Positions 9,811 to 19,552 of a DNA stretch of 64,000 nucleotides are shown here, in pieces (the first letter of the stretch is position 1; every line of letters starts with the position of its first letter). The DNA lies in assembly GCA_026647365.1 (NCBI GenBank), contig JAPKGW010000006.1, forward strand, positions 8,977 to 72,976, in the 5' to 3' direction. This DNA is from Phycisphaerales bacterium. GTDB taxonomy: Bacteria; Planctomycetota; Phycisphaerae; Phycisphaerales; UBA5793. The notes under the pieces are model-generated. The model made no database searches. It was not told the origin of the DNA and saw only the letters and a program-made list of their open reading frames with translations. The translations under genes and the position numbers were made by a program.

Positions 9811-11001
9811 ATGAGAACTGCTCCGGTTACTCCCCTTCAAGTCCCTCCGTCCCTGGTTGCCGCCCTTGCCCTGTTCCTGGGCTGCGGCGGCGCCCTCGCC
9901 CAACCCTTCACCGTCGAGGCGGCGCCGGAGTGGACGAGTCTTTTCGACCGCCGCGAAGGCTGGACCGGCGCGGACGGCATCTACTCGATCCCGCTCGATG
10001 GAAAGGAACTGTACCGCTTCCAGCCCAACCGCCGCACAGCGTTCGTGTTCAGTGACACCTTCATCGGCCGGGTCGATGAGAACGGGCGGCGCCTGAGCGG
10101 AACGACGATGGTCAACAACACCATGGCCCTGCTGACCGGGCCGGCCCCGGACCCGACGAAGATCCAGTTTTTCTGGGGCCGCAACAACCAGGGCCGCGCC
10201 GATGCGCTCTTCAAGCCCGACACGCCCAACTCACGCCCCGGCGAGTGGTACTGGCTCGGCGACGGCGTCGCGCTTGATGGGAAGTTTCGCGTCTTCGGCA
10301 ACCGCATCCGCCGGACCGACGGCGGCGTCTTTGGCTTCGAGGGCACCGGCCTCGCCCTGCTCTCGACGCCGCTCAACTCGCCGAATCCCTTCGAGTCCTT
10401 CGTGCAGGTCGACTGCCCGGCCTACATCAAGGAGCCCAGCGGCAACCGCGGCGAGATCATCTTCGGCGGCGCGATCATGGTCAACACCCAGGCCGCCGGC
10501 GCGCCGCGCCCGGATGGCTTCGTCTACATCTACGGCATCCAGAACGATCCGTGGATCAAGAAACTCCTCGTCGCGCGCGTGGCGCCCGAACAGTTCGAGG
10601 ACTTCAGCGCTTGGCGCTATTGGGACGGGGCCGAGTGGAATGAGGACGTGGCGGCGTCGGCCGTGCTCACCGGTCGCGTCTCGCCTGAGTGCAGCGTTAC
10701 GCCGATGCCCAACGGCAAGTTTCTGCTCGTCTACCAGGAAGACACGCTTGGCCCGTGGGTCGCGTGCAAGGTCGGCGATTCGCCGACCGGCCCCTTCGGC
10801 CCGGCGACGCGCCTGTGGTATTGCGACGAAGTCAACAGCATCCCCGACGCCTTCGTGTACAACGCCAAGGCGCATCCGCACCTCTCGCCGCCCGGCGAAC
10901 TGCTCATCAGTTACAATGTCAACTGCGGCGACTTCTGGTACCACTTCGAAAACGCCGCCGCGTATCGGCCGAGGTTCATTCGCGTCCGCTTCGGTAGGTG
11001 A
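9811..11001 (+). CDS. Secreted protein, possible glycoside-hydrolase-like beta-propeller (DUF4185/DUF5005-like; product uncertain)
   Basis: ATG at 9811 gives the signal peptide MRTAPVTPLQVPPSLVAALALFLGCGGALAQ. Good GC3 bias throughout. The family guess rests only on a weak motif impression. Confidence 0.8.
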   Translation: MRTAPVTPLQVPPSLVAALALFLGCGGALAQPFTVEAAPEWTSLFDRREGWTGADGIYSIPLDGKELYRFQPNRRTAFVFSDTFIGRVDENGRRLSGTTMVNNTMALLTGPAPDPTKIQFFWGRNNQGRADALFKPDTPNSRPGEWYWLGDGVALDGKFRVFGNRIRRTDGGVFGFEGTGLALLSTPLNSPNPFESFVQVDCPAYIKEPSGNRGEIIFGGAIMVNTQAAGAPRPDGFVYIYGIQNDPWIKKLLVARVAPEQFEDFSAWRYWDGAEWNEDVAASAVLTGRVSPECSVTPMPNGKFLLVYQEDTLGPWVACKVGDSPTGPFGPATRLWYCDEVNSIPDAFVYNAKAHPHLSPPGELLISYNVNCGDFWYHFENAAAYRPRFIRVRFGR

Positions 11002-11009
11002 AGCGCGCG

Positions 11010-11927
11010 TCAGTTCACGTTCGGTGGATCTTCATTACGCGCTGTGCCGGAGAAGAGCGTGTTCGTCGCGCCCTGGCCGTTGAAGGCGATCGAGCCGTCC
11101 CCGTTCTTGAGGTAGCCCATCTCCTCGGCGCTCATCGTCTTGACGTGGCCGTCGCAGAAGGAGACGTTCGCCTTGCCGAGGTGGCGCTCGTCGGGGCCGG
11201 AGCGGTGCTCGGGGCTGGAGAGGCGCGAGTCGGCGAAGTCGCTCGTCGACGTGAGGCGAGGCGGGTCGAGCGCATAGCCGTGCCCTCCGCGGGCGCGGCC
11301 TTCGGGGTCGCGGCTGCCGTCGGGCCGGTTGTCGGTGCGCATGGCCTCTGGCTTGCCCGCCGCGGTCCCGAGGCAGTCCGCCGCCATCACCGTCTGCGAG
11401 AACGCGATGCGCGACATCTGCACGGGATGATTGATCGACCCGCGCGTCTCGTTGTCGCCCCTGAAGCGCGAGTTGCCGAGGAACTGATAGTTGTAGCCGT
11501 AGGGGTAGTTGCGCGTGTTCGTCCACGTCGGAACCTGCGGGCACAGAAAGACCTCGTTGTTGACCGTCATGGTGTGCTCGTTCGCGGGATCGGGGCTCGG
11601 TTCGGTGAAGGCGTAGAAGCCGGCCGAGGCGCCCATCTGTGCGAACCAGCGCGGCCGATACTGGTACCCGTTGCCCACCCAGTAGACGTTCCTGGACTCG
11701 TCGGCGTATCGGCCCGCCTGGCCCGGCACGATGACGCCGCGATTCTCCGTCGCGTAAACCATCCACCCCACGCCGACCTGCCGCATGCGGGCAGCGCAGA
11801 GCGAGCGCATCGACGCCTGCCGCCCCCGGCTCAGGGCGGGCAGCAGCAGCGCCAGCAGGATGCCGATGATGCTGATGACGACCAGCAACTCGACGAGAGT
11901 GAAGCCGTTTGTTGTGCGGCCGTTCAT
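11010..11927 (-). CDS. Prepilin-type N-terminal cleavage/methylation domain protein, DUF1559 (H-X9-DG) family
   Basis: [32 protein letters not shown] is a class III signal. The C-terminal [13 protein letters not shown] matches the H-X9-DG motif. Start at the ATG at 11927. Confidence 0.9.
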   Translation of the reverse strand: MNGRTTNGFTLVELLVVISIIGILLALLLPALSRGRQASMRSLCAARMRQVGVGWMVYATENRGVIVPGQAGRYADESRNVYWVGNGYQYRPRWFAQMGASAGFYAFTEPSPDPANEHTMTVNNEVFLCPQVPTWTNTRNYPYGYNYQFLGNSRFRGDNETRGSINHPVQMSRIAFSQTVMAADCLGTAAGKPEAMRTDNRPDGSRDPEGRARGGHGYALDPPRLTSTSDFADSRLSSPEHRSGPDERHLGKANVSFCDGHVKTMSAEEMGYLKNGDGSIAFNGQGATNTLFSGTARNEDPPNVN

Positions 11928-11967
11928 GGCAGTTCTAACCCTCGAAAGGAACCAGTTTGTTCCCTGA

Positions 11968-12954
11968 TCAACACTTTGGAACCGCGGCGCGGTCAAGCCG
12001 GTCATTGATCGCCAGGCCCAGGCCACGGTCCGGGAAACGGTCGGCAATGATCGCGTCGAGGCCAAGTGCATCGAGGCGACGCATCGAGGCGAACACCCCG
12101 GCCGCGGCCTCGCGCAAGTCGCCCGACGCCGAGAGAATCTCTATTGCGCGATACTCCTTCGCATCGGCCGGCGCCGTCAGGCTCAGCCGTCCACAGCGCC
12201 CGCGATCGAGCCACCGAGGCGCATCGCCCGCGAAGTACAGAGGCGTCGCCGTCGCGTAGTGGCGCTCGAGCATCCCCGGGGCCGCCGCCGGCGCGCCGGG
12301 CGCGAGGCGACGCTGCGGGCGGCCGACTTCGCCGATGATCGACTCAATCTCTTCGATGCCGATCGCTCCAGGCCGAAGCAGCGTCGATCCCTCCGGTCCG
12401 AGGGCGATGATTGTGGACTCGATTCCCGCGCGGCACGGCCCGCCGTCGAGGACCAGGTCCACCGCCGCACCGAGCGACTCGCGCACGTGCGCGGCCGTCG
12501 TCGGGCTGACCGAGCCGAAACGGTTGGCGCTCGGTGCGGCGATCGGCACTCCGGCGCGGCGAATCAACTCGATGGCGACAGGGTGATCGGGCACGCGCAC
12601 CGCCACCGTCGTCAGCCCCGCCGTCACGATGTCCGGGATGGTCTCCGCGCGGCGCGGCAGGACGAGGGTGAGAGGACCCGGCCAGAATCGCTCCGCCAGC
12701 CGCGAAGCCTCGACGGGCCAGTCCGACACAATCGCCTGGGCCGCGGCGGCGCTCTCGACATGGACGATGAGCGGATCGAATCGAGGCCGGGCCTTGATCT
12801 CAAAGATGCGTGCGACGGCTCTGGGATTCGTCGCATCGGCGCCGAGTCCGTAGACCGTCTCCGTCGGGAATGCGACAACTCCGCCCGCCCGGACGAGTTG
12901 CACTGCCTCCGCGAGTTCGGATTCCAGCGGCCGGGCTGAAGGGTGTGCGCTCAT
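11968..12954 (-). CDS. tsaC: L-threonylcarbamoyladenylate synthase (Sua5/TsaC, long form)
   Basis: [29 protein letters not shown] and a C-terminal Sua5 domain. Start at the ATG at 12954. Confidence 0.9.
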   Translation of the reverse strand: MSAHPSARPLESELAEAVQLVRAGGVVAFPTETVYGLGADATNPRAVARIFEIKARPRFDPLIVHVESAAAAQAIVSDWPVEASRLAERFWPGPLTLVLPRRAETIPDIVTAGLTTVAVRVPDHPVAIELIRRAGVPIAAPSANRFGSVSPTTAAHVRESLGAAVDLVLDGGPCRAGIESTIIALGPEGSTLLRPGAIGIEEIESIIGEVGRPQRRLAPGAPAAAPGMLERHYATATPLYFAGDAPRWLDRGRCGRLSLTAPADAKEYRAIEILSASGDLREAAAGVFASMRRLDALGLDAIIADRFPDRGLGLAINDRLDRAAVPKC

Positions 12955-13069
12955 GCGTCGTCGCAATGGTAGCGATGCGCCTTGTGCTGCTGCGCCGGAA
13001 GACTCAAATCTCGAATCTCCGAGTGAAGGCAACCACAGGCTGGCGCCTGCGGCTGGTGCTCAACCTCAA

Positions 13070-13110
13070 GCACAAAAGGAACGGGAGCGCGGCTGGGCCG
13101 CGCTCCCGTT
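13070..13110 (-). terminator. Intrinsic terminator downstream of 13138..14151
   Basis: Perfect 14-bp stem aacgggagcgcggc / gccgcgctcccgtt (13080..13110), followed on the minus strand by CCTTTTGTG. Confidence 0.7.
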
Positions 13111-13137
13111 GAGATTCAAGACAGAGAATCGGTCAGA

Positions 13138-14151
13138 TTACGGAACCTGAGCGACGTTGCTGGTCTGGCAGCCGGGGACCTGGATCAACTGCACGAAGCC
13201 GCGGCAAGCGCCCTGACCGGCCTGGGCGTTGACCGAGCCGGCGCCGCTGCCGGTGCCGATGGTGTTGTAGAGTTGCAGCTGGTTGGTGCCGAGGCCGAGT
13301 TGCGTGCCCTGGCAGGGACCGGACTGGATGGTGTAGTTGCCCGTGTTGCGGGCGAAGAGAATGCCCTGGTTGCGGTTGGGCTGCGCGCCGCTCCAGGAGA
13401 GTCGGACCGTGCCGGGGCAGGTGCCCGTGATGGAGCAGGTGTAGCCGCCGCCGGAGGTTCCGTTGATGATGATCGGCAGCTCACAGGTCGCGCCTTGGTC
13501 ACGAAGCATTGAAACCCAGCCCTCAGTGTTAATCTTCTGCATCGCGTTGCCGGGGCGGGTGACAGGGTTGTTCGGGTCGTTGGGATTGATATCCATCACG
13601 AAGGGTGCCCACACCGAGGCGCCTCCGAACCCGCGCCAGTCGATCCAGTATGTTCCGGGGCCGAGTTGCACGCCGCCCATGTCAAATGTGATCCTGTTGA
13701 CGGCGCGCTGATTGTTCTGAAGATTGCCGACTCCATTGAAAACTCGGTACATGTTGGTAAACGTCCAGGACGACGATGTCGAGGTCGAGCCGCGCTGTGT
13801 GCCCTGCTCAGGACCAGGACCATCGAAGATGCGCAGTTCTGCGTGCGTCCAGCCGGGGCTTCCTGGAGCCGAGCCCGTCTCATAGGCGTGGACGACGATC
13901 GAGGTGACGGTCCAGTTCTGGTTGGGCGGAACCGTGAAGTCATCAGCAACGCGATAGTACTCGAACGGGCTGTCGGCGAACCAGCGGGCGTTGGATCCCG
14001 CGACGTTCGGATTGATGGAACACATGCTCACGTCCGCCCCGCCGAAGCCTTGCCCGGGGTGGGTGATCATCGGGCCGTTGCTGTACAACTGCCCGATCGC
14101 CGGCGCGGCAACGAGCGCCAGACCGGCAACTGCAAACACACACTTCTTCAT
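13138..14151 (-). CDS. Secreted protein A with shared C-terminal Cys domain (...C-x-T-S-N-V-A-Q-V-P end)
   Basis: ATG at 14151 preceded by aggagac. Signal peptide MKKCVFAVAGLALVAAPAIGQ. The last 97 aa are ~55% identical to the tail of 46861..47874. Confidence 0.88.
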   Translation of the reverse strand: MKKCVFAVAGLALVAAPAIGQLYSNGPMITHPGQGFGGADVSMCSINPNVAGSNARWFADSPFEYYRVADDFTVPPNQNWTVTSIVVHAYETGSAPGSPGWTHAELRIFDGPGPEQGTQRGSTSTSSSWTFTNMYRVFNGVGNLQNNQRAVNRITFDMGGVQLGPGTYWIDWRGFGGASVWAPFVMDINPNDPNNPVTRPGNAMQKINTEGWVSMLRDQGATCELPIIINGTSGGGYTCSITGTCPGTVRLSWSGAQPNRNQGILFARNTGNYTIQSGPCQGTQLGLGTNQLQLYNTIGTGSGAGSVNAQAGQGACRGFVQLIQVPGCQTSNVAQVP

Positions 14152-14448
14152 TCTCGGTCTCCTGTCCTTGAAATGAGGAGAACAACCCGCCGAAGCCACG
14201 ACCATCGTGGCTCGATCGCGTCGACGGATCAACACAAAGCCGCGCATTGCTCGTCAGCAGTTTGCGCAGCGCTGTTGCGAAACTCAGGAGACCTCCACTT
14301 CAGATCTCCTACCCACATAGGCTCCGATCCAGTCGTGTCATTCAGCAACGCTTGGCGTGCATCGCATCGCTGAAGATTCAGTGTCCCGTCTCCAAGATAC
14401 TCGCACGCCGCCAGTTGGCAAATGCTATTCGTTCAGGGCGTTGTGTGA

Positions 14449-15441
14449 CTAGCCTGCCGTGAAGTCGGGGTACTGGGGGACGTAGTTGTACGACACGGCC
14501 GCGAACGAATGACCAACGCAGTCGCCGGCGCCATTTTGGCCTCCCTTCTCTGTCCGAATGGTGAAGGAATCGGAATTGCCTGGGATCAAGGAGCCGATAT
14601 CCCCTTCGGCATGGTCATAGAAGTTTGCATGCTGATTCGCGCCAAGGAGCCCCTGCCATGCATCGGTCGTCGAGCCAGTGCCGCCGAGCGTACCGCCGAT
14701 ATTCGTATTGTTGATGAAGAATTTGTCCGTCCAATCCCCCTGCTGCGTGTCCTGTTCACCATCGATTGCATTGATTAAGAAGTGGACGGATCCACTGTTA
14801 TAGGTTGTGCTGAACGAGAGTGTCGCATTCGCCTGATAGGGCACGCTCCCAGAGGCGTTGGAGATGTAGCCAGCGTACAGATCAACGGATTTCACCGTTA
14901 ACTCTCCTGACGACTCGCTGAAATCGTAGACCAGGAGCAGCGTCACACCCTCCGCGAGCGGGCCGCACCCGGAGGAATTAGTCCCCGTAGTTCCGCCGAT
15001 GGTGATGGTTGAACCAGGAGTGACATCGACCTCCAGCACATACGCGCTTGTCAGTATTGTGTTGAAGCACAGGCACCCCCCGACGTGGCACAGATCGGGT
15101 GTGCCATAGCCGACGAGGCCTCCAAAGGACTCGTTGCTGTCGATCTCGATTGCAGAGCTCGAAGGCGGCAAGGCGCATTCGTCATACGTCCACATGATGA
15201 ACGCTGCGATCAGAGTCGCATCCTGCGGAACCTGCGGAACCTCCAAGTCGAACGGTTCAGATTGCTGGATCGTGACATCATATCGGCGCGTGAAGTCGCC
15301 GGTCACGATGAAGTCCGCTCCGGAGCCGGGGTGCGTGAAGAACGGTTCCGGACCAAGGCCCGTCTCGCAATCCGCAGCGGCGGACTCGATCAGCAACAGA
15401 CTCATGACGATGGCGAAGAAGAAGTAGTTCTGACGATTCAT
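14449..15441 (-). CDS. Secreted hypothetical protein (lower-GC gene)
   Basis: ATG at 15441 preceded by ggaaggagac. Signal peptide MNRQNYFFFAIVMSLLLIESAAAD. T/S/G-rich beta-type sequence. Family not recognised. Confidence 0.8.
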   Translation of the reverse strand: MNRQNYFFFAIVMSLLLIESAAADCETGLGPEPFFTHPGSGADFIVTGDFTRRYDVTIQQSEPFDLEVPQVPQDATLIAAFIMWTYDECALPPSSSAIEIDSNESFGGLVGYGTPDLCHVGGCLCFNTILTSAYVLEVDVTPGSTITIGGTTGTNSSGCGPLAEGVTLLLVYDFSESSGELTVKSVDLYAGYISNASGSVPYQANATLSFSTTYNSGSVHFLINAIDGEQDTQQGDWTDKFFINNTNIGGTLGGTGSTTDAWQGLLGANQHANFYDHAEGDIGSLIPGNSDSFTIRTEKGGQNGAGDCVGHSFAAVSYNYVPQYPDFTAG

Positions 15442-16129
15442 GGATTGTCTCCTTCCATCTTGGAGCAGCCATTTGAGGGTGCACCGCGTACCAATTGCAC
15501 CATAAGGGCGCTCCGACCAGGCAGTCTGCATGTGCGAAGCGATCGCATCGAGCGATGCCGCGAAGCAAAGTCGCTTTAGCACCGACCTGGTCCGATGCGG
15601 ACTCAGGTATTGCTGAGTGCCATCAACTCAGTCAATCAAGCACCTCCCTCCTCCGTTGGCTCGTCTCATGACCGGGAGCTCTTTCTGAGACCCCCACTCC
15701 GGACTTCCCACCTCACACGGGCCATCGACCGGCCCGGTCGAGACACCACGACACGCAGTCCACACGCAAACCTCAGCCGGTAGCGGGAAGCGCGGAGGCG
15801 CGGCCGAACGGCCGTCGCTTCTCCTCTAATCATACAGGCAGTCCGAGTTCGTGCAAGCCGACTATTCCGCATTTCTTCACTTTTCTCCACTTTTCTTTCC
15901 GCTCTTGGCGTACCGCAATCCTTCCTTTCGAACCCCGACTGACAGCGAGCGAGCCGGCGCGTCTGGACCGGGGCGGCGCTACAGTCCCGGGCCGCGATGA
16001 CAGCAGGCCGGGAGCCGCCATGGTTCCCGCCGCCGCAACCCGCCGCGACCCGAGCGACCGCAGCCTGCAATCCCGAGACTCGGATCAGAGCAGGCCATCG
16101 GCCGCACCATCACCCACAGGAGTCTTCAC

Positions 16130-17581
16130 GTGCAGAGTCCATGCCCATCAGACCGCCGCCTGCTCTTCGGATCCGTGGTTCTTCTCTGCCTTGCGGCAGG
16201 CACAGGCCGGACCGCGCCGTGCCTCGCCCCGGCCCAGCCGCCCGATGCGCCGGCCCTGCCCGACCTCACGCAGATCAAGGCGGACCTTACGGAACTCCGC
16301 TCACTCGAGTTCAAGAAGGAGGTTCCGGCGGAGAAGCAGTCGATCGAGGACTTCGAGAAGTACCTCCAGGCGGAACTGGACAAGATGTTTCCCCCCGGCA
16401 AGGCGGATGATGTACAGGCGGCCCTGATGCGCCTCGGAATGCTGCTCAAGCCCATCGATCTCGGCCATGAGTTCAAGAACGCCCTGCTCAGCCAGGCGGG
16501 CGCCTACTACGACCCCGCCAGCGGCAAGTTCTTTTACCTGATGACCAACGTCTCGGAGATGATCCTCCAGACCATCGCCTCCCACGAACTGGTCCACGCG
16601 CTCCAGGACCAGCACTTCCAACTGGGCCCGATGATGGAGAAGTTCGAGAAGGAGTATCTCGAGGGAACGAGGAACGATGACCGTCTTCTTGCGCTTCGCT
16701 TCCTCGTCGAGGGCGAGGCGACCTACGTGCAGACGCTCTGGCAGATGAAGTCGATGATGGGCATGGACCTCGCGGCCAACCCCGCGATGGAGAAGATGTC
16801 GCTCAAGGCGATGGCGGACATGGATTTCGCCACGATCATCCAGATGAGCCGGGGAATGGCGGGCGAGTTTGCCGCGGCGGGCGACGCCGACGACATCGTG
16901 CGCGCCATCGAGGGGATGGGCGACATTCCGCCCTACATCATGCAGCCCCTTCTTGCCGCCTACCTCAAGGGCGCCTACTTCGTCATGTCGCTGCGGCAGG
17001 AGGGCGGATGGGATTCTGTGGCGAAGGTCTACAACAGCCTGCCCGCGAGCACGGAGCAGACGCTGCATCCTGAGAAGTACCTTGCGCAGCGCGACGATCC
17101 GACGCCGCTCTCGCTTCCGGATCTGCCGTATTTGGAGCAGGAAGGGTGGCGGCTGGTCGACTCGGCGGTTCACGGCGAGTTCTACCTCGAACTCCTTCTG
17201 CGCAACCACGGCGCCTCCGCGCAGGCGGCCAGGCGGGCGTCCGTCGGATGGGACGGCGACATCTACCGCGCATGGCGCCACGAGGACGGCCGGGTTCTCA
17301 TCGCCCTCGCGACGACCTGGGACACGGAGAAGGATGCGCGCGAGTTCTTCGAGGCCTACCGATCCATCGTTCCCCGCAAGTTCAGGATCGACAAGCCCGG
17401 CGGGGATGAGCCCGGCGCGCCGGCGGACCGCGCGGAGTACCAGTGGGGCGCGGCCGTCCTTGAGTCCGGCCTGACTCTCCTGCGCGGCCGGGAGGTGTTC
17501 ATCGTCGAGGGCGCGGCGCCGGCAATGGTGAAACGCATCGTGGATGATGCGGCCGCCGTGAAGATCGAGCATGTGCAGTGA
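16130..17581 (+). CDS. Secreted HExxH protein, putative zinc metallopeptidase
   Basis: GTG start preceded by caggag at -7. Signal-like N-terminus LLFGSVVLLCLAAG. Contains IASHELVHALQDQHF (an HExxH motif). Confidence 0.8.
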   Translation: MQSPCPSDRRLLFGSVVLLCLAAGTGRTAPCLAPAQPPDAPALPDLTQIKADLTELRSLEFKKEVPAEKQSIEDFEKYLQAELDKMFPPGKADDVQAALMRLGMLLKPIDLGHEFKNALLSQAGAYYDPASGKFFYLMTNVSEMILQTIASHELVHALQDQHFQLGPMMEKFEKEYLEGTRNDDRLLALRFLVEGEATYVQTLWQMKSMMGMDLAANPAMEKMSLKAMADMDFATIIQMSRGMAGEFAAAGDADDIVRAIEGMGDIPPYIMQPLLAAYLKGAYFVMSLRQEGGWDSVAKVYNSLPASTEQTLHPEKYLAQRDDPTPLSLPDLPYLEQEGWRLVDSAVHGEFYLELLLRNHGASAQAARRASVGWDGDIYRAWRHEDGRVLIALATTWDTEKDAREFFEAYRSIVPRKFRIDKPGGDEPGAPADRAEYQWGAAVLESGLTLLRGREVFIVEGAAPAMVKRIVDDAAAVKIEHVQ

Positions 17582-17621
17582 AGCGCATCGGGCGCGGGCC
17601 GGAGGCAGGCGGGAGGCCGCG

Positions 17622-18938
17622 ATGAGGCGAATGCGGCGAGGCGCGCCGCTCATTGCCCTGGCGCTGCTGGGCCTGTGGTCGTGCGCCTCGGTGCCGGATC
17701 ACCGCGGCAGCGCGGAGTCGACTGATGAGCAGAGGCTGGCGCGCGTTCACGCGATTCTCCGCGACACGCCCCTCATCGACGGGCACAACGACATTCCCTG
17801 GCAGTACCGGCAGCGCGCCGCCAACAACCTCGACGGCCTCGATCTCACCGCCGACCTCACCCGGCTCGACAACCCGACCCACACGGACATTCCACGACTC
17901 CGCGCCGGCGGCGTCGGCGGGCAGTTCTGGTCCGTCTACATTCCCATCCGCCGCCCCGGCGGAACCGACGGCGACGCCCGCATCGTCTTCGAGCAGATCG
18001 ACCTCGTGCATCGTATGGTCGATCGCTACAGCGACACCTTCGAGATCGCCCGCACCGCCGACGATGTCGAGCGCATCCACAAGGCGGGCAAGATCGCCTC
18101 GATGATCGGCATGGAGGGGGGGCACTCGATCGAGAACTCCCTCGGCGTGCTGCGCATGCTCTACGCGGCGGGCGCGCGATACATGACGCTCACGCATTCG
18201 CTGGGCCTCTTCTGGGCCGACTCGGCCACGGACGAAGCGCGCGTGGACGGACTCAGCCCCTTCGGCGTCGAGGTCGTTCGCGAGATGAACCGCCTCGGCA
18301 TGCTCGTCGATCTCTCCCATGTCTCAGCCGCGACGATGCACGATGCGCTGGATGCGGCGCAGGCGCCGGTGATCTTCTCGCACTCATCCGTCTTCGAGGT
18401 CTGCCGCCATCCGCGCAACGTGCCCGATGACGTGCTCGCGCGCCTGCGCGACAACGGCGGCGTGGTGATGGTCACGTTCTTCCCGTGGTACGTTTCCGAG
18501 GAACTGCGCGTGTGGATGGAAGGGGAGCGGGCCGAGCGCGACCGTCTCAGTGCCGCCCATCCCGATCCGGCCGAACGCGCGCCGGTCGAGGAGGGGCTGG
18601 AAATGTGGCGGGCGGCGAATCCGCGCCCGTGGCCGACGCTTTCGCAGGTCGCCGACCACATCGACCACGTGCGCCAGGTCGCAGGCATCGACCACATCGG
18701 CATCGGCTCAGACTACGACGGCATGCCCCCCGGCCCGGCCGGCCTCGAAGACGTGTCGAAGTACCCTGCACTCTTCGTCGAGTTGCTGCGGCGCGGCTAC
18801 AGCGAGGACGACCTGCGAAAGATCGCCGGCCGCAACGTCCTGCGCGCGATGCGCGAGTGCGAGCGCGTCGCCGCGCGCCTCCAGCAGGAGCGTGAAGCGT
18901 CAAGCGCAACGCTCGAACAACTCGACGGCGCTCGATAG
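17622..18938 (+). CDS. Membrane dipeptidase, peptidase family M19
   Basis: IDGHNDIPWQYR, GGVGGQFWSVYIP, GMEGGHSIENSLGVLR, DLSHVS, GIGSDYDG. Signal or lipoprotein-like N-terminus from the ATG at 17622. Confidence 0.92.
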   Translation: MRRMRRGAPLIALALLGLWSCASVPDHRGSAESTDEQRLARVHAILRDTPLIDGHNDIPWQYRQRAANNLDGLDLTADLTRLDNPTHTDIPRLRAGGVGGQFWSVYIPIRRPGGTDGDARIVFEQIDLVHRMVDRYSDTFEIARTADDVERIHKAGKIASMIGMEGGHSIENSLGVLRMLYAAGARYMTLTHSLGLFWADSATDEARVDGLSPFGVEVVREMNRLGMLVDLSHVSAATMHDALDAAQAPVIFSHSSVFEVCRHPRNVPDDVLARLRDNGGVVMVTFFPWYVSEELRVWMEGERAERDRLSAAHPDPAERAPVEEGLEMWRAANPRPWPTLSQVADHIDHVRQVAGIDHIGIGSDYDGMPPGPAGLEDVSKYPALFVELLRRGYSEDDLRKIAGRNVLRAMRECERVAARLQQEREASSATLEQLDGAR

Positions 18939-18957
18939 CAAATGCGGGCGTCTTGCC

Positions 18958-19478
18958 TCACCCCCAGACGATCCGCGCCGAGTAAAACTGCTCGACGGTC
19001 AGTGAGATCGGCCACGGTATCAGCAGACCCGTCCCGTCGTAGACGATCACCGCCTTGTCGCCGGACATGGCGATGCAGATGTCGTCGCCGATGAAGTCCT
19101 GCTGCTGAAGCAGCGCCGTGTCAATGGCGACTTCGTCCACCAGGTGTTGCTGATCGTCTGCCCGCCGTCGGCGCTATGGCCGCAATAGAGGGAGACTTCG
19201 CAGAGGACGTTCGGGTCCGTCGGGTCGGCGGCCATCTGGAGGTTGTGGCCCACGCGGAAGTCGCCGGCGATGTAGTTGCCGTACATCTTGACGTTGTTGG
19301 AGAAGGTGAACGCGATACGGGAGTGACCTGCGGCAAGACTCGTGTACTGGCCAGAGCACGCGCTGGGATTCGCCACGACGTTGATCTTCCGGGCGCTCGT
19401 ATTCGTGTCGTCGTGGCAGGCGACGTAAAGAGTACCATCTGTCGCCACCGCTGGACCTTGAAGCGCAACAGATTCCAC
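18958..19478 (-). pseudogene. Frameshifted gene or gene remnant (two abutting frames of one protein)
   Basis: Frame 1 (19047..19478) keeps high GC3 only up to ...GGQTISNTW. From ~19145 the coding-like GC3 switches to the frame of 18958..19140 (LVDEVAIDTALLQQQDF...). No signal peptide, and the start codon is an unclear GTG. Confidence 0.45.
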
Positions 19479-19552
19479 GACATGATGGTTCTCCTCGGGA
19501 GAAGGTTGCTACTCTCAGGATTTGCGCCTATGGACAGGTGGAGGAGGGTCGT

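Noticed and set aside
19121-19483. ATG-initiated 120-aa ORF with the best SD spacing in the 19.4 kb region.
   Set aside because: The translation is R/S/T/P-rich with low GC3. The neighbouring frame carries the coding signal, so this is treated as part of the frameshifted remnant.
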